From NCBI GenBank assembly GCA_903842795.1, contig CAIMNJ010000013.1:69302-133301 (forward strand): a stretch of DNA of 64,000 bases, written 5' to 3'. The stretch comes from an uncultured bacterium (GTDB lineage: Bacteria; Patescibacteriota; Microgenomatia; UBA1400; PJMF01). Position 1 is the first letter of the stretch; every line of letters starts with the position of its first letter. The position numbers and the translations under genes were made by a program. Below, piece after piece: positions 27,724 to 38,194 of the stretch. The notes below the pieces were generated by a model. It was not told the origin of the DNA. It ran no database searches and saw nothing but the letters and a program-made list of their open reading frames with translations.

Positions 27724-28439
27724 TGACAAGCGCTTTTATCATTTGGTTTTACATGACAGTTTGGTATTTTATTGCTTTGTTGAAAAAAAGAAACGATCTT
27801 GCTGACACTGCTTGGGGCTTAGGTTTTATTTTGGTCGCGTTTTCCAGTTTTATTTTAGAGCCAAATCAAAAATTATTAATTTCCTTACTTTTAATATCTA
27901 TTTGGGGTTTTCGTTTGGCTATTCACATCTACAATCGCAATAAAAATAAAAAAGAAGACCCTCGCTATGAGCAATTCAAAAACAGTCCTTACCTAAAAGT
28001 CTTCATGACTCAGGGTTTTTTGATGTGGCTGATTTGTTGGCCAATCATTAATTCTTCAGGAGATTCGAGCTGGTTTAATTTGCTTGGCATTTTAATTTGG
28101 GTCTTTGGCTTTTATTTTGAATCACGAGCTGACAGAGAATTGAAGAATTTCATTAGCAACAAAGCCAATAAGGGCAAAATCATGCAAGCTGGTTTGTGGT
28201 CTCTTAGCCGTCACCCCAATTATTTCGGTGAAGTGACCATGTGGTGGGGGATTTGGTTGCTAAATATGAATTCAAATTGGTGGACACTTGTTGGTCCTTT
28301 GACCATTACCTTCTTGATCTTAAAAGTTTCCGGCGTACCCATGCTTGAAAAAAGATACGAAGGTAATCAAGAATTTGAAGAATATAAGAAAAGAGTCTCA
28401 GTTTTTATTCCGTGGTGGCCAAAAAAGCCAAAGAAATAA
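27720..28439 (+). CDS. DUF1295 / steroid-5-alpha-reductase-ICMT-like membrane protein
   Basis: LWSLSRHPNYFGEVTMWWGIW motif characteristic of this family. Confidence 0.65.
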   Translation: MMTSAFIIWFYMTVWYFIALLKKRNDLADTAWGLGFILVAFSSFILEPNQKLLISLLLISIWGFRLAIHIYNRNKNKKEDPRYEQFKNSPYLKVFMTQGFLMWLICWPIINSSGDSSWFNLLGILIWVFGFYFESRADRELKNFISNKANKGKIMQAGLWSLSRHPNYFGEVTMWWGIWLLNMNSNWWTLVGPLTITFLILKVSGVPMLEKRYEGNQEFEEYKKRVSVFIPWWPKKPKK

Positions 28440-28460
28440 GTTAAACTATATTATCCTTTT

Positions 28461-29099
28461 ATGAACTTACCTGATTTTTGTCATAAGTATAATATTTCTT
28501 TAGACGACCGCACACATGCAGTGTCTTCTTATGCTCTTAAGAAAATGAGTCATTCTAAGAATCAACATCATGACGTTGAACATGTTTACAGAATGTTTGA
28601 TGATCTGAGTCACCTCTTGGATATTAATCCAAAGTTATTAAAGAAAATTAATTTTCAAGTTCTATTACCTGCCATTTGTTGGCATGACGTTTGGATTTCA
28701 AGACGCCAAACTAATGGTTTTTTAGAACTACTTTGGCATCAATTCTTAGAGGGTCGTGGTTCTGCCAACCTTTTTAGTCTTTATGCAAAAGAGATTATTC
28801 CACCAAGTTTAGTTGATCAGATTGCCTACTGCATCAGAAAACATTCCAGCATTCAATTTCTACCAACCTTTAATCTAGAAGCCAAAATCTTAGCTGATTT
28901 AGATAAGCTTGAGATGTGGAATATTTGTCGATTCTTAGATAAAGATAAAACTATGGTTTCTAAGAAATCACTCTATTCTAAATATTTAGTTAGAGCCTAT
29001 TACAAGTATTCTTGGTATGCGGGATTATCTTTTAATGAACTCAATCCCAGATTTAGTGTTTTGAAAAAGAATTATTTGTCTAAGTTAATAGATGATTAA
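28461..29099 (+). CDS. hypothetical protein, possible HD-domain hydrolase
   Basis: HHDVEH...CWHDVW His/Asp pattern only. Confidence 0.35.
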   Translation: MNLPDFCHKYNISLDDRTHAVSSYALKKMSHSKNQHHDVEHVYRMFDDLSHLLDINPKLLKKINFQVLLPAICWHDVWISRRQTNGFLELLWHQFLEGRGSANLFSLYAKEIIPPSLVDQIAYCIRKHSSIQFLPTFNLEAKILADLDKLEMWNICRFLDKDKTMVSKKSLYSKYLVRAYYKYSWYAGLSFNELNPRFSVLKKNYLSKLIDD

Positions 29100-29473
29100 C
29101 TTGCAGTTTGTGCTTCGCTAAGCACTGCCTCGATCTTGTCTCTTGTTGTCTGATTTTTGACTTTGTCCAAAATGTTGTTGATGTATTCACCCAAAAGTTC
29201 TTCTGCCACTTCCTGAGCCATTTCATGCATCTCTTCTTTTGAAATGCGCCCCTTAAAATATTTGACCAGTACTTCCATAGCGGCTGGTCCCTTGAGCTCG
29301 CCCATTTCCTTGGTGATTTCTTCTTTTTCACTATCAGTCAAATCAGTGAAGAGAGAAGTAGTCAGTTCGATTTGCGCCATTTCATCCATGTCGTCACAAA
29401 CTATTTTGATATTTTCTTCTGAAAAATTTAGAACTCTTAAGATTTTTTGTAGGATCATCCAGGCAGGATTCAT
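29096..29473 (-). CDS. hypothetical acidic protein
   Basis: ORF only. Confidence 0.4.
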   Translation of the reverse strand: MNPAWMILQKILRVLNFSEENIKIVCDDMDEMAQIELTTSLFTDLTDSEKEEITKEMGELKGPAAMEVLVKYFKGRISKEEMHEMAQEVAEELLGEYINNILDKVKNQTTRDKIEAVLSEAQTAS

Positions 29474-29489
29474 AGGTGTGTTCCGTATA

Positions 29490-29990
29490 TTAATCTAGTA
29501 AGCCTCCACGTCTTCTTCTTTTTCTTCTTCTAGTTGCCATGGAGTCGTCATCATCTCTTAGAGTTCCAGTATATCCTTCCACTTTGCCGCCATTGGCTCT
29601 GTAGATCAATTGACCAGTGATAATCAAACCCATGCCAAGTCCAGCGATACCAAATGGCAAGACCAATCTCAAAGGATTGAAATCGCCACTGAAAAAAGTA
29701 GCCATATTGTAGAAATGCAAACCAAATTGACCAAGGAACATGGTTAGGCCAATATTAGAAATGATTTTGCCCCATTTCTTGGCTTTTTCATTGACGAATT
29801 CCTTATGATCTTCCATGGTAAATTCTGGAGGAACTTCAACTTCTTTTTTATCAACGACCTGACCATCTTTAGAAGTTACCAAATTTACTTTTTCTACTGT
29901 CAATATTGATCCGCAATTTGGACATTTACCTGGTCCTGGTACAGGAGCACCGCAATTAGGACAATGAGAAGAATTAAGTTCTGCTGACAT
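29490..29990 (-). CDS. zinc-ribbon membrane protein
   Basis: CPNCGAPV...CPNCGS double CxxC at the N-terminus, two TM segments. Confidence 0.5.
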   Translation of the reverse strand: MSAELNSSHCPNCGAPVPGPGKCPNCGSILTVEKVNLVTSKDGQVVDKKEVEVPPEFTMEDHKEFVNEKAKKWGKIISNIGLTMFLGQFGLHFYNMATFFSGDFNPLRLVLPFGIAGLGMGLIITGQLIYRANGGKVEGYTGTLRDDDDSMATRRRKRRRRGGLLD

Positions 29991-30024
29991 GGTTTAATTA
30001 TAGCATCCTGTATAATCAATTTTT

Positions 30025-30621
30025 ATGATTAAACTCATCTACTTCGACTTCGGCGCCGTTCTCGTTAATTACACTAATGCTTTCAGAAAAATCTGTACCG
30101 ATTTCTCTCTCAATTTCCAAGATTTTTGGCAATTTTACAATCAGTATGATCCTATGCTCGCTACTGGCACCATGACCACTGATGAGTTTTGGCAAATTTG
30201 CATCGAGCATTACCATTTGCAGGTTCCTACTGGTTATGAGTTAGCGCGCTGGTGGGTTTCAGACTATGTCATCATTAAACCAATTCAAGATCTAATTTAT
30301 TCACTAGAGGGCAAAATTGATATTGGCATTATTTCCAATATTTCTCACGGCCCATGGCAGGCAGCTTTGGAGCGTGGCAAAGTCCCAAATATTAAATACA
30401 AAAAAGTTTACCTGTCCTATGAAGAAAAACTAGCCAAGCCACATCGTGCCATCTACGAAAAAGTCCAAAAAGAATCAGGTGCCAGGCCAGAGGAAATTTT
30501 ATTTGTCGATGACAAAGCCGAAAATTTAGTTGTACCAAAGGAATTGGGTTGGAAAGTCGTGCTTTTTGATGAACGCAAGGCAGAGGAAGGTGTGGCAGAA
30601 ATTAAGAGATTGCTTTTGTAG
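30025..30621 (+). CDS. HAD-superfamily hydrolase
   Basis: Motif I LIYFDFGAVL, motif IV LFVDDKAEN. Confidence 0.6.
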   Translation: MIKLIYFDFGAVLVNYTNAFRKICTDFSLNFQDFWQFYNQYDPMLATGTMTTDEFWQICIEHYHLQVPTGYELARWWVSDYVIIKPIQDLIYSLEGKIDIGIISNISHGPWQAALERGKVPNIKYKKVYLSYEEKLAKPHRAIYEKVQKESGARPEEILFVDDKAENLVVPKELGWKVVLFDERKAEEGVAEIKRLLL

Positions 30622-30633
30622 TATATTTAAATC

Positions 30634-31083
30634 ATGCCAATTACTTTTAATTCTTTTACTCCTGCCGCCATTCCAGCCGTCACTGAACTTATGCTCGCGC
30701 TCTATGCCGAAGATCCCTCAGGCAAACCCATTTCTTTAGAGAAAATTCAGGCGACTTTTGCCCACTTACAAGCTCATCCTGATCAGGGTGAAATTTTAGT
30801 GATCAAAGACGAAGAACAAATTGTTGGCTACACCATTTTGATTAATTTTTGGAGTAACGAATTTGGCGGCAATATCCTGACCATTGATGAACTTTATGTG
30901 GTTCCAGCCAAGCGCAATCAAGGTATTGCTACGTATTTTTTGGAGCACTTGATTCAGACCAAACCTCATCAGGCAGTAGCTCTTCAACTCGAAACCACGC
31001 CAGAGAATTACAGAGCTAAGGCTCTTTACAAGCGTCTAGGTTTTACACCTCATCAAAATGAAGTTTTGGTCAGGGATTTATAA
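30634..31083 (+). CDS. GNAT family N-acetyltransferase
   Basis: Acetyl-CoA binding block VVPAKRNQGIATYFLEH. Confidence 0.7.
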   Translation: MPITFNSFTPAAIPAVTELMLALYAEDPSGKPISLEKIQATFAHLQAHPDQGEILVIKDEEQIVGYTILINFWSNEFGGNILTIDELYVVPAKRNQGIATYFLEHLIQTKPHQAVALQLETTPENYRAKALYKRLGFTPHQNEVLVRDL

Positions 31084-31085
31084 AT

Positions 31086-31331
31086 ATGTCTAAGTCTTGG
31101 TTTGTTTATATTTTACAGTGCGCCGATGGCACTTATTACACTGGTATCAGTAATGACCTAGCGCATCGCCTCCAAGCACATAATGCTGGCAAGGGTGCGG
31201 CTTACACTCGTGGTCGAGTTCCAGTGATTTTGAAGTACCAGGAAAAATTCAATACTCATTCTGAAGCTGCTCAGAGAGAGTATGTTATCAAACAACTAAC
31301 TCGCTCGCAAAAAGAAGCTCTTATTTCGTAA
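31086..31331 (+). CDS. GIY-YIG nuclease domain protein (UPF0213-like)
   Basis: WFVYILQCADGTYYTGISNDLAHRLQAHN = GIY-YIG core. Confidence 0.75.
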   Translation: MSKSWFVYILQCADGTYYTGISNDLAHRLQAHNAGKGAAYTRGRVPVILKYQEKFNTHSEAAQREYVIKQLTRSQKEALIS

Positions 31332-31347
31332 TAATGTATTTTTACGC

Positions 31348-31374
31348 AAAACCCCGCCTTTGAGGGCGGGGTTT
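31348..31374 (+). terminator. rho-independent terminator hairpin (aaaccccgccc-tttgag-ggcggggttt)
   Basis: Perfect 9-bp GC stem after the GIY-YIG gene. Confidence 0.7.
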
Positions 31375-31412
31375 GCACATTACTTTTCTTACTTTTTGGT
31401 CAAATCTACTGG

Positions 31413-31733
31413 TTATTCTTCCAGAGGTGGACCGCCGACAGGAAGTCGGTATTCGAGAGCCTTGGCGTATTCGTGATCGCGCTGGTCAATGGGATCACCC
31501 TCCAGCTCATAGCGTCTCCAGACCGACGTCAGTGTGGCGTCGTTCAGAAGCTGTCTGAGTCTGGGCTCATCTTCATTAAGCATGACTTCCGCGACAGCGC
31601 GCAGAGCAGTCACGGCATGAGATGAAGCGAGATTGAAGATCAGTTGGCGAATCGGAAGTCTCTCGATGCGATCCATGTCATCTGGTAAAAAATGACCGGT
31701 TTTGGGTTGATACGGCATAGTATGCCTCCTCAA
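31413..31733 (-). CDS. hypothetical protein encoded in a GC-rich patch
   Basis: ORF in a segment with visibly higher GC and different codon usage than the flanks. Confidence 0.4.
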   Translation of the reverse strand: MRRHTMPYQPKTGHFLPDDMDRIERLPIRQLIFNLASSHAVTALRAVAEVMLNEDEPRLRQLLNDATLTSVWRRYELEGDPIDQRDHEYAKALEYRLPVGGPPLEE

Positions 31734-32196
31734 AATTTGATTGGCTACCTGACACCCTTGCGAGTGTTGGTTGGCGCGCTCAATTTATGCCTCTTGCACA
31801 TTTGTAAACAAAAAGTACTGCAAGAAAATAGACTGAGCGCGCCAAACAAAATAGCCAAAAGCAAAAAGTTTTAATGTGCGTAAATGATTTAGTTCAAATC
31901 ATCGCCGCGATTGGCAATTTTTAGAAAATAAATCACGGGAATTATATCAAAATATATCAGTCGAGTCAAAATTATAGGCTTTTGTTATGGATCTGCCAGC
32001 TCAAGAAATTCAAATCGCTCGCGAACACAGCACCTACTCCTGGTTTTCTTTCGAAGAGGCTTTGGCAAAATTACATTTTGAGAGTAACAAAATTGCTATA
32101 ACTGAATTGAATAATGAGTTATTAATTTCTCTTTAATCATAAAAATCTTGTAAAAATTTTGATGTATTGTGATATAATATCGTTTTTATTAAATAA

Positions 32197-33009
32197 TTGC
32201 GTTTAATGTCAATTATTGAAGAAGGACGCTCTAGCAGAGAGAATAGATCATTCTCTGTGGATGCTCCAGCAATGTTAGATAAATTGCTGACTGAGCTTTC
32301 TCAATTGGGGCAAATTAAAGGAATTGGGTTTGATGTTTTTGGCACCATTTTAAATGGTTCACTCAATCGCTTTGATCTTAGTGCATTTTTATCTAATTGC
32401 GTCGCAACTTATTACAAGTTCAAAACAGGTAAAACATTTTCAGAAGAAGAAGCTTTAAGTCTCTATTTGGAATGTAGAGAATCATTAAAGGATAATCGTT
32501 CTCCATTGTTAATTGGAGAAGATAATATTCCAGCCAAAGAACAAGAAATACAAGAGATTGTTGTTCTAGAAGCAATTGCTAAATTACTCCAATTAGACAG
32601 CCCAGATGATTTGATTTCCAATGTGCAGAGTCAGTGGTTGCTGTCTGATTTACAACATACAAAAGCAATTGATGGGATGTTGGATTTGGTAAAAAAATCT
32701 GTAATTCTATTTGGTAGAGATCGTGTTTCTGTTTTTTCAAATCATTCTTTTAGTCGTGAGCATTTATTGGCTTTATTGAGAAAAAATCAATATTTATCAG
32801 AGTCTATGCTAAGTGAAAAAAATGTATTTTTATCGAGTGATTTTGGTATAAAGAAATTTGGAGTTGGTCTTAGAAAGCCCAATCAACTTGCATTTAGAGA
32901 ATTTTCTGCACAAATGTTACTAAAGCCACAAGAAGTTGCTTTTATTGGTGATAGTAAGCATGATTCTATTTTTGCTACCAACTCTGGTGGCGTGGGAATT
33001 TTAGTATGA
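32197..33009 (+). CDS. hypothetical protein, HAD-like
   Basis: IGFDVFGTIL motif-I-like and C-terminal IGDSKHD motif-IV-like. Confidence 0.4.
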   Translation: MRLMSIIEEGRSSRENRSFSVDAPAMLDKLLTELSQLGQIKGIGFDVFGTILNGSLNRFDLSAFLSNCVATYYKFKTGKTFSEEEALSLYLECRESLKDNRSPLLIGEDNIPAKEQEIQEIVVLEAIAKLLQLDSPDDLISNVQSQWLLSDLQHTKAIDGMLDLVKKSVILFGRDRVSVFSNHSFSREHLLALLRKNQYLSESMLSEKNVFLSSDFGIKKFGVGLRKPNQLAFREFSAQMLLKPQEVAFIGDSKHDSIFATNSGGVGILV

Positions 33010-33395
33010 AATTAGAATCTATAAAAAATCCAAGCTTATTTTCAGAAAATTATCAGTATTACAGGGTCTATTTTACGGCAATGCTCAATAGTCTATTCGG
33101 AAAATTATTTTCTGCTAATTTAATTGAAAGAAAACAAAGTTTGTCTTTGGAGCAGGCTATTTATAAGCTAAGAGATCCTCGTACTAGTTCTCTACACATA
33201 ACACCTTTGTCTGAAACTGAAGGTAAAAAAAGATATTCAACAATTATTGAGCCATTATCTGGTTTTCATAAAGATGCTTGGTTGTTAGATTTGTTGCTTG
33301 TTGCTGATGAGACGTATCTTCTAGAATTGTTGGATATAAATAATTCAGTAGTTTGGAGTGAAAAATGTTCTATAAAAAAGGAAAATAAATTATAA
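33006..33395 (+). CDS. hypothetical protein
   Basis: ORF overlapping the upstream stop by 4 nt (operon-like coupling). Confidence 0.35.
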   Translation: MKLESIKNPSLFSENYQYYRVYFTAMLNSLFGKLFSANLIERKQSLSLEQAIYKLRDPRTSSLHITPLSETEGKKRYSTIIEPLSGFHKDAWLLDLLLVADETYLLELLDINNSVVWSEKCSIKKENKL

Positions 33396-33409
33396 ATTAT
33401 ATAAATCTT

Positions 33410-34531
33410 ATGCAAAAAATTGATGAAAAAAAATTAGGAATTTCTTATCACGAGATGTTCCAACCATTTCCGCTATCTAGAAATTTGGAGCAGCTAAAGA
33501 AAGCGGCTGCAGAGCACAATATTCCAGAGCAAGACGCTATTCTTATAGCGCTAAATGCTTCTGGAATTAAAAATGGTGATATCGAAAATGATCGTGGAAG
33601 ATTTACGATTGTAATGCCAGATGGCAAAAAATATTTTTTGGCCATGACAATTACAAATAAACCACTTTCACCTTTTGAACATCGTAATGGAGAAATATAT
33701 TTTGGCAATGAAAAAATTGCTGATATAGGTGAAATAGAAGAAGATACCTGTTCAGATTCTTATTGGAGAGGCAACAAAACACATCTAACACTAAATTCAA
33801 ATTCTAGAAGTAATTGCAAGGGCTGTGAATTTTGTGGAACATATTCACTTAGAGATGATGATAAGGCTTTAAATACTCCAGAAGCTTTGAGAAGAAAGGC
33901 TGAGGAGCTTTGCCAAGAAGTGGGAGGTGACTTGTCTTCTTTAGAATCAATTGGAGTTGTAACTGGTTGTTTTCCAAACGAGAAATCTTTAGTTAGTCAT
34001 CTTAGAATGGTTAGATCAGTTTTTGCTGAATACGGTTTTAATAAAGAATTGAGATATATTGGTTCTCAATTGAGAAGTAAAGAAAATTTAGCTTTGCTTG
34101 CCAGTGAAGGTCCATTTGCTCTTTATCTAACGGTAGAATCTTTTACCAGACGTGAACAATTAATGAAAAAGGCCAAAGCATCATTAAACTTAGAAATGGG
34201 AAGAGAATTGCTTCAATTAGCAAAGGAACTCGGTATTGAGACAACATTTTTGTATATTGCTGGTTTAGACGATTTGTCTAGCATGGAATCTGAATTTCCA
34301 AAATATAGTGGATTGTTGACCAGATTGCCTTTGGCACAAACTTTTCAAGCTTATGTTCCAGAGCAATTAGAAAAAAGACATCCATCTGCTTCATCTGTTG
34401 AGTATTTTTTGAAAACTAGAACCATTATCGAAAAATCTTTTCCAGATCTCAGACCTCAAGCCTTTAGTAACTATAGGGGTTTATGGTATACAAAGTACGC
34501 TGAAGAAGAACTTCCAAACACTCCTATCTAG
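33410..34531 (+). CDS. hypothetical protein with CxxCxxC cysteine cluster
   Basis: NCKGCEFCGTYS cluster; no canonical radical-SAM CxxxCxxC. Confidence 0.4.
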   Translation: MQKIDEKKLGISYHEMFQPFPLSRNLEQLKKAAAEHNIPEQDAILIALNASGIKNGDIENDRGRFTIVMPDGKKYFLAMTITNKPLSPFEHRNGEIYFGNEKIADIGEIEEDTCSDSYWRGNKTHLTLNSNSRSNCKGCEFCGTYSLRDDDKALNTPEALRRKAEELCQEVGGDLSSLESIGVVTGCFPNEKSLVSHLRMVRSVFAEYGFNKELRYIGSQLRSKENLALLASEGPFALYLTVESFTRREQLMKKAKASLNLEMGRELLQLAKELGIETTFLYIAGLDDLSSMESEFPKYSGLLTRLPLAQTFQAYVPEQLEKRHPSASSVEYFLKTRTIIEKSFPDLRPQAFSNYRGLWYTKYAEEELPNTPI

Positions 34532-34545
34532 TTTAAAATTTAAAT

Positions 34546-35196
34546 ATGACTTGGAATGATATCTATGGTGGTTTGCCAAATGAATATGAATATTATGATT
34601 TAAATAAACCTCATAATGATCTTGTTTCAATTGTTAAATTTTTTAAAGACAAAAAAGTAAGTAGAATATTAGATTTAGGTTGTGGTATTGGCAGAAACAT
34701 GATCCCTCTAATTGAAAGTGGTTTTGAAGTAATCGGAATTGATGATTCAAATGAGGCAATAAAAATTTTGAGATCTAAACTCAAGGCTAAGTCTTTGGCA
34801 GCAGAACTTAAAAATGCAAAATTCCAAAATTTACCTTTTCAAGATGATTTTTTTGATGCGATTATTAGTGTGCAGACATTAAATCATGGCTATGAAAAAG
34901 ATATTTTAGCTGGTTTCAGTGAAGTATTTAGAGTTTTAAAACCAGGTGGACTGATCTTTTTAACTTTGCCAGGAAGAATTTCAAAAGGTAAGGTTAGGTA
35001 TTGCTTGGTAAAAACTGCTCGCAAAGTTGAAAAAAATACCTTTATTCCAACCATTGGAGAAGAAATTGGGGTGCCACATTATATTTTTAATAAATCTTTG
35101 ATTGCCAAATATATGAAAAAATACAATTTAGTTAAGAAAATTTGGGTTGATGAAAAAGATTATTATTGTGTTTTAGCGGAAAAGGTCAGCAGATAA
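34546..35196 (+). CDS. class I SAM-dependent methyltransferase
   Basis: Motif I ILDLGCGIGRN, motif II/III spacing typical. Confidence 0.7.
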   Translation: MTWNDIYGGLPNEYEYYDLNKPHNDLVSIVKFFKDKKVSRILDLGCGIGRNMIPLIESGFEVIGIDDSNEAIKILRSKLKAKSLAAELKNAKFQNLPFQDDFFDAIISVQTLNHGYEKDILAGFSEVFRVLKPGGLIFLTLPGRISKGKVRYCLVKTARKVEKNTFIPTIGEEIGVPHYIFNKSLIAKYMKKYNLVKKIWVDEKDYYCVLAEKVSR

Positions 35197-35784
35197 AAGA
35201 CCATTCTTAATGCAGAGATTTATAATTTCGTTTAAATTTTCAATGTATTTATCTTTGTCATAATCGTATCCGCTTTGCAACATTTTAGTTAATACAGCAA
35301 TCAAATCATTTTCTTTAAATGGCTGGTTGCGCAATTTTTTTTCTTTTGCATTTGCAACGAAACAAAATAACCCTGTTCTATTTGCACCAGCCTGACAATG
35401 GACGTAAGTTAATGTTTTGCCATCGTAATTATTCATCGCAGCATCAAGCAAATTAATGTTATTTTGAATATCAATTGCAACATGACTTATTCCCATCATG
35501 CCGACTTTAGAAATTAGCGCTGGAAGCATTATCCTTTCTTTTTCATCACTGCTGGAATAAAGGGAAACAATCTTTTCAGTGCCTAAAGTTTTTATTCCAG
35601 GAAGTTTTTCAACTGGCCAGCTTCCACGTAAAAGTTTGCCTGGAATTTCTACAGAAAAGTTTTTTGGCAAAACGCTTAATAGCTCATGTCTTGGAAAAAT
35701 AGGAATCTCAAAACTTTTACCGTTAATTCTTAAATTAACGCCACCTTTTTGGAGTTCACTCATTTCTTTTTGAGAAAAAATCAC
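35173..35784 (-). CDS. dual-specificity / tyrosine protein phosphatase (CX5R)
   Basis: VHCQAGANRTG P-loop. Confidence 0.65.
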   Translation of the reverse strand: MIFSQKEMSELQKGGVNLRINGKSFEIPIFPRHELLSVLPKNFSVEIPGKLLRGSWPVEKLPGIKTLGTEKIVSLYSSSDEKERIMLPALISKVGMMGISHVAIDIQNNINLLDAAMNNYDGKTLTYVHCQAGANRTGLFCFVANAKEKKLRNQPFKENDLIAVLTKMLQSGYDYDKDKYIENLNEIINLCIKNGLLSADLFR

Positions 35785-35857
35785 AAATCAACTTTCAGCC
35801 AAAAAAATTGAAACATGGCTTATAATTTGATATAATAAGACATATTATACATCAAAT

Positions 35858-37018
35858 ATGAATGAACATATAAATTTAACTGAATATGAACCAATTGGTG
35901 AAGCTAGCCTTTATAAGGAGGTATTAAAAGTTTTTGGTTCAGATTTTGTTTCTGGTTTGCCATGTGGAGAATTAAGAGGTTTTATTGAAGCAAGCAAAAA
36001 TAATGCTGATGAGGTTGGACATGTGCAGGCAACTAATGAAAATGAAGCAGCAGCCATTGCTCAGGGAGCATCTCTAGCAGGCAAGAAACCAGTTCTTTAC
36101 ATGCAAAATAGTGGTTTATTAAAGATCACTAATGAAATTGGATCGTTATTAATTCCATGTCAAACAGAAGCTCTCTTTGTGGCTTCTTGGAGAGGAGCCC
36201 CTGGAGAAGAAGCCACTCAACATCTTGCAACTGGTGCCGCAACTATTCCAGTAATTGAAGCCTTGGGCTTACCCTATATCGTTGGAGCTACTTTGGCGGA
36301 TTTAAAAAAACTTAAGACAAACATGGAAAGAGCTAAGCTTCCTGGTGTAATTTTAATGAAAAAAGAAAAATTCAATCAAGGTGTTGAATTTACTCAAAGA
36401 GTTATTGAAACAGAAGCTAATAGGGGAGATTGGCATAAAGAACACAGTGGATTGATTACTTTGAGTAGAGAAGAAGCTCTAAATATAATTTTTTCAAACT
36501 TAATAAATGATAAAGATGGTGTATTCTCTTCAACTGGATTGATTTCTAGATCTATTTTTCACCACCATGATGCTCCAAACCAATTCTATAATGCTGGGGC
36601 TTTTGGCTTCACAAGCTCAATAGCTCTTGGATATGCAATCAACGCAGAACATAGAGTTATTACAATTGAGGGCGATGGTAGTGTGCTTACAAATCTTGGC
36701 TCATTAAACACGATTGGCCATCATGTAGCCGATAATTTTGTTCACGTTGTCTTGGATAATGCAACTTATGCTTCTTGTTCTGCAGAACAAACCTATGGAT
36801 CAGGTAAAATTCCAGAAGTTGCCTTAACATTTGGTTATAAAAGAGCTTTTACTGTTCAATCTCGCGAACAACTTTTAGCAGCCATTGCTGAAATTAATAA
36901 AAATAATGATGGTCCACAAATGCTTCATATTCAAATTAATTCCGAAGGCCAAAGAGATTTCAAAAGACCATTGGGAATGGCTGATATAGCTAATAGATTT
37001 AGAAATTATTTCCAATAA
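35858..37018 (+). CDS. thiamine-pyrophosphate-dependent decarboxylase, phosphonopyruvate/sulfopyruvate decarboxylase-like (fused alpha+beta)
   Basis: N-terminal Pyr-domain-like block (HVQATNENEAAAIAQGASLAGKKPVLYMQNSGL), C-terminal TPP motif GDGSVLTNLGSLNTIG; 386 aa fits the single-chain Ppd/ComDE size. Confidence 0.55.
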   Translation: MNEHINLTEYEPIGEASLYKEVLKVFGSDFVSGLPCGELRGFIEASKNNADEVGHVQATNENEAAAIAQGASLAGKKPVLYMQNSGLLKITNEIGSLLIPCQTEALFVASWRGAPGEEATQHLATGAATIPVIEALGLPYIVGATLADLKKLKTNMERAKLPGVILMKKEKFNQGVEFTQRVIETEANRGDWHKEHSGLITLSREEALNIIFSNLINDKDGVFSSTGLISRSIFHHHDAPNQFYNAGAFGFTSSIALGYAINAEHRVITIEGDGSVLTNLGSLNTIGHHVADNFVHVVLDNATYASCSAEQTYGSGKIPEVALTFGYKRAFTVQSREQLLAAIAEINKNNDGPQMLHIQINSEGQRDFKRPLGMADIANRFRNYFQ

Positions 37019-37088
37019 ATTTTAAATGCTGTAAAAATAAAGTAATTAATTCTCTCTAGGAGAGTAATTATGCTATAGTTATATTTAT

Positions 37089-38105
37089 ATGATTGAAAAT
37101 GGTTCACTTAATCCAGAAAAAGATCTAAATCTTGGCGATAGTTCGCTGAATAGTTTTATAGATCGTATTTCACCTCGTTACTTCCAGCAAGAAACTGTTT
37201 TGCCTGAGGCTGTTATGACACGTACGACTGATGTTTTAGCCAAAGCTGGCAAGCGAGAATTTGGGCATTATTCTATGTTTGACGCGGTGAGAAAAGAGCG
37301 CAAAGGTATTGCCACGATTATCGTTGATTGTAGCAAAATTGTTCCTCAAGAAGCTTTTGCCAAACTTGCTGCAGAAGGCAAGAACCCAGAAGATGATGAT
37401 ATTGGTAATTATGAACTTTATGCCGAAATGGCTTATACGATTGCGGTAACTCTTGAGGTTTTTGATCAAATGTTAGCTCTTGCAGCTACAAAGCCACGCT
37501 TTCGCCCAGATGATAAACAATTTGTGAGTTCTATTGCAGGTTTGAGAGAAAGATTTGCTGGATATATTAGAGTTAATGCTGATGTGGCCGGAGACACGCG
37601 TTCCTATATTTGTCAGAATTTGGAAGCTATGGCCAAATATTTTGGTTTGCAGAAGTTTGTTTTGATTCTCTCCAATAGCCAGGCTATTCCTAATTATGCC
37701 AAAAAAGATTTAGTTCACATGTTTTATCGAAATCATGGTGAGAATGACACAAGCGTGATGTTTTTGGCTAAAGAGAGAACGCCAGCCGATGTGGAAGCCA
37801 AAATAGCCGAACTTCATCAACGTCTTGGCAAAGGCACTAATTCAGAATATCGCGGTGTATCTGATGATTTAATGAAAGCCTTGGGAACTTATCAGGTGGC
37901 TAGAGGTTTGAAGGCAGAAATTGAAAAAATTCAGTTTCGTGATCAGAAAGATTATGACCTAAGAAAAGAAAAAACCAAGAAATTAGCTAACTTAATGGGA
38001 ATGATTCAAGCTGAAAGACATAACTTTTATGATTTGGACGCTGAATTTAGTCTGTTTACAGATGATGAACTAAAATTAATTCAACAAAAACTTTTTGTGT
38101 TTTAG
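37089..38105 (+). CDS. hypothetical protein (338 aa)
   Basis: ORF only. Confidence 0.4.
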   Translation: MIENGSLNPEKDLNLGDSSLNSFIDRISPRYFQQETVLPEAVMTRTTDVLAKAGKREFGHYSMFDAVRKERKGIATIIVDCSKIVPQEAFAKLAAEGKNPEDDDIGNYELYAEMAYTIAVTLEVFDQMLALAATKPRFRPDDKQFVSSIAGLRERFAGYIRVNADVAGDTRSYICQNLEAMAKYFGLQKFVLILSNSQAIPNYAKKDLVHMFYRNHGENDTSVMFLAKERTPADVEAKIAELHQRLGKGTNSEYRGVSDDLMKALGTYQVARGLKAEIEKIQFRDQKDYDLRKEKTKKLANLMGMIQAERHNFYDLDAEFSLFTDDELKLIQQKLFVF

Positions 38106-38136
38106 TTTTTTTAAATTAATAAAGCTAATTAAACAG

Positions 38137-38168
38137 AAAAGCCCCGCTCTTGCGAGCGGGGCTTTCTT
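38137..38168. terminator. GC-rich hairpin terminator (aaaagccccgctc-ttgcga-gcggggctttc) between convergent genes
   Basis: Perfect 9-bp inverted repeat. Confidence 0.7.
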
Positions 38169-38194
38169 TAAAACAGATATTGATTGGATGATGG

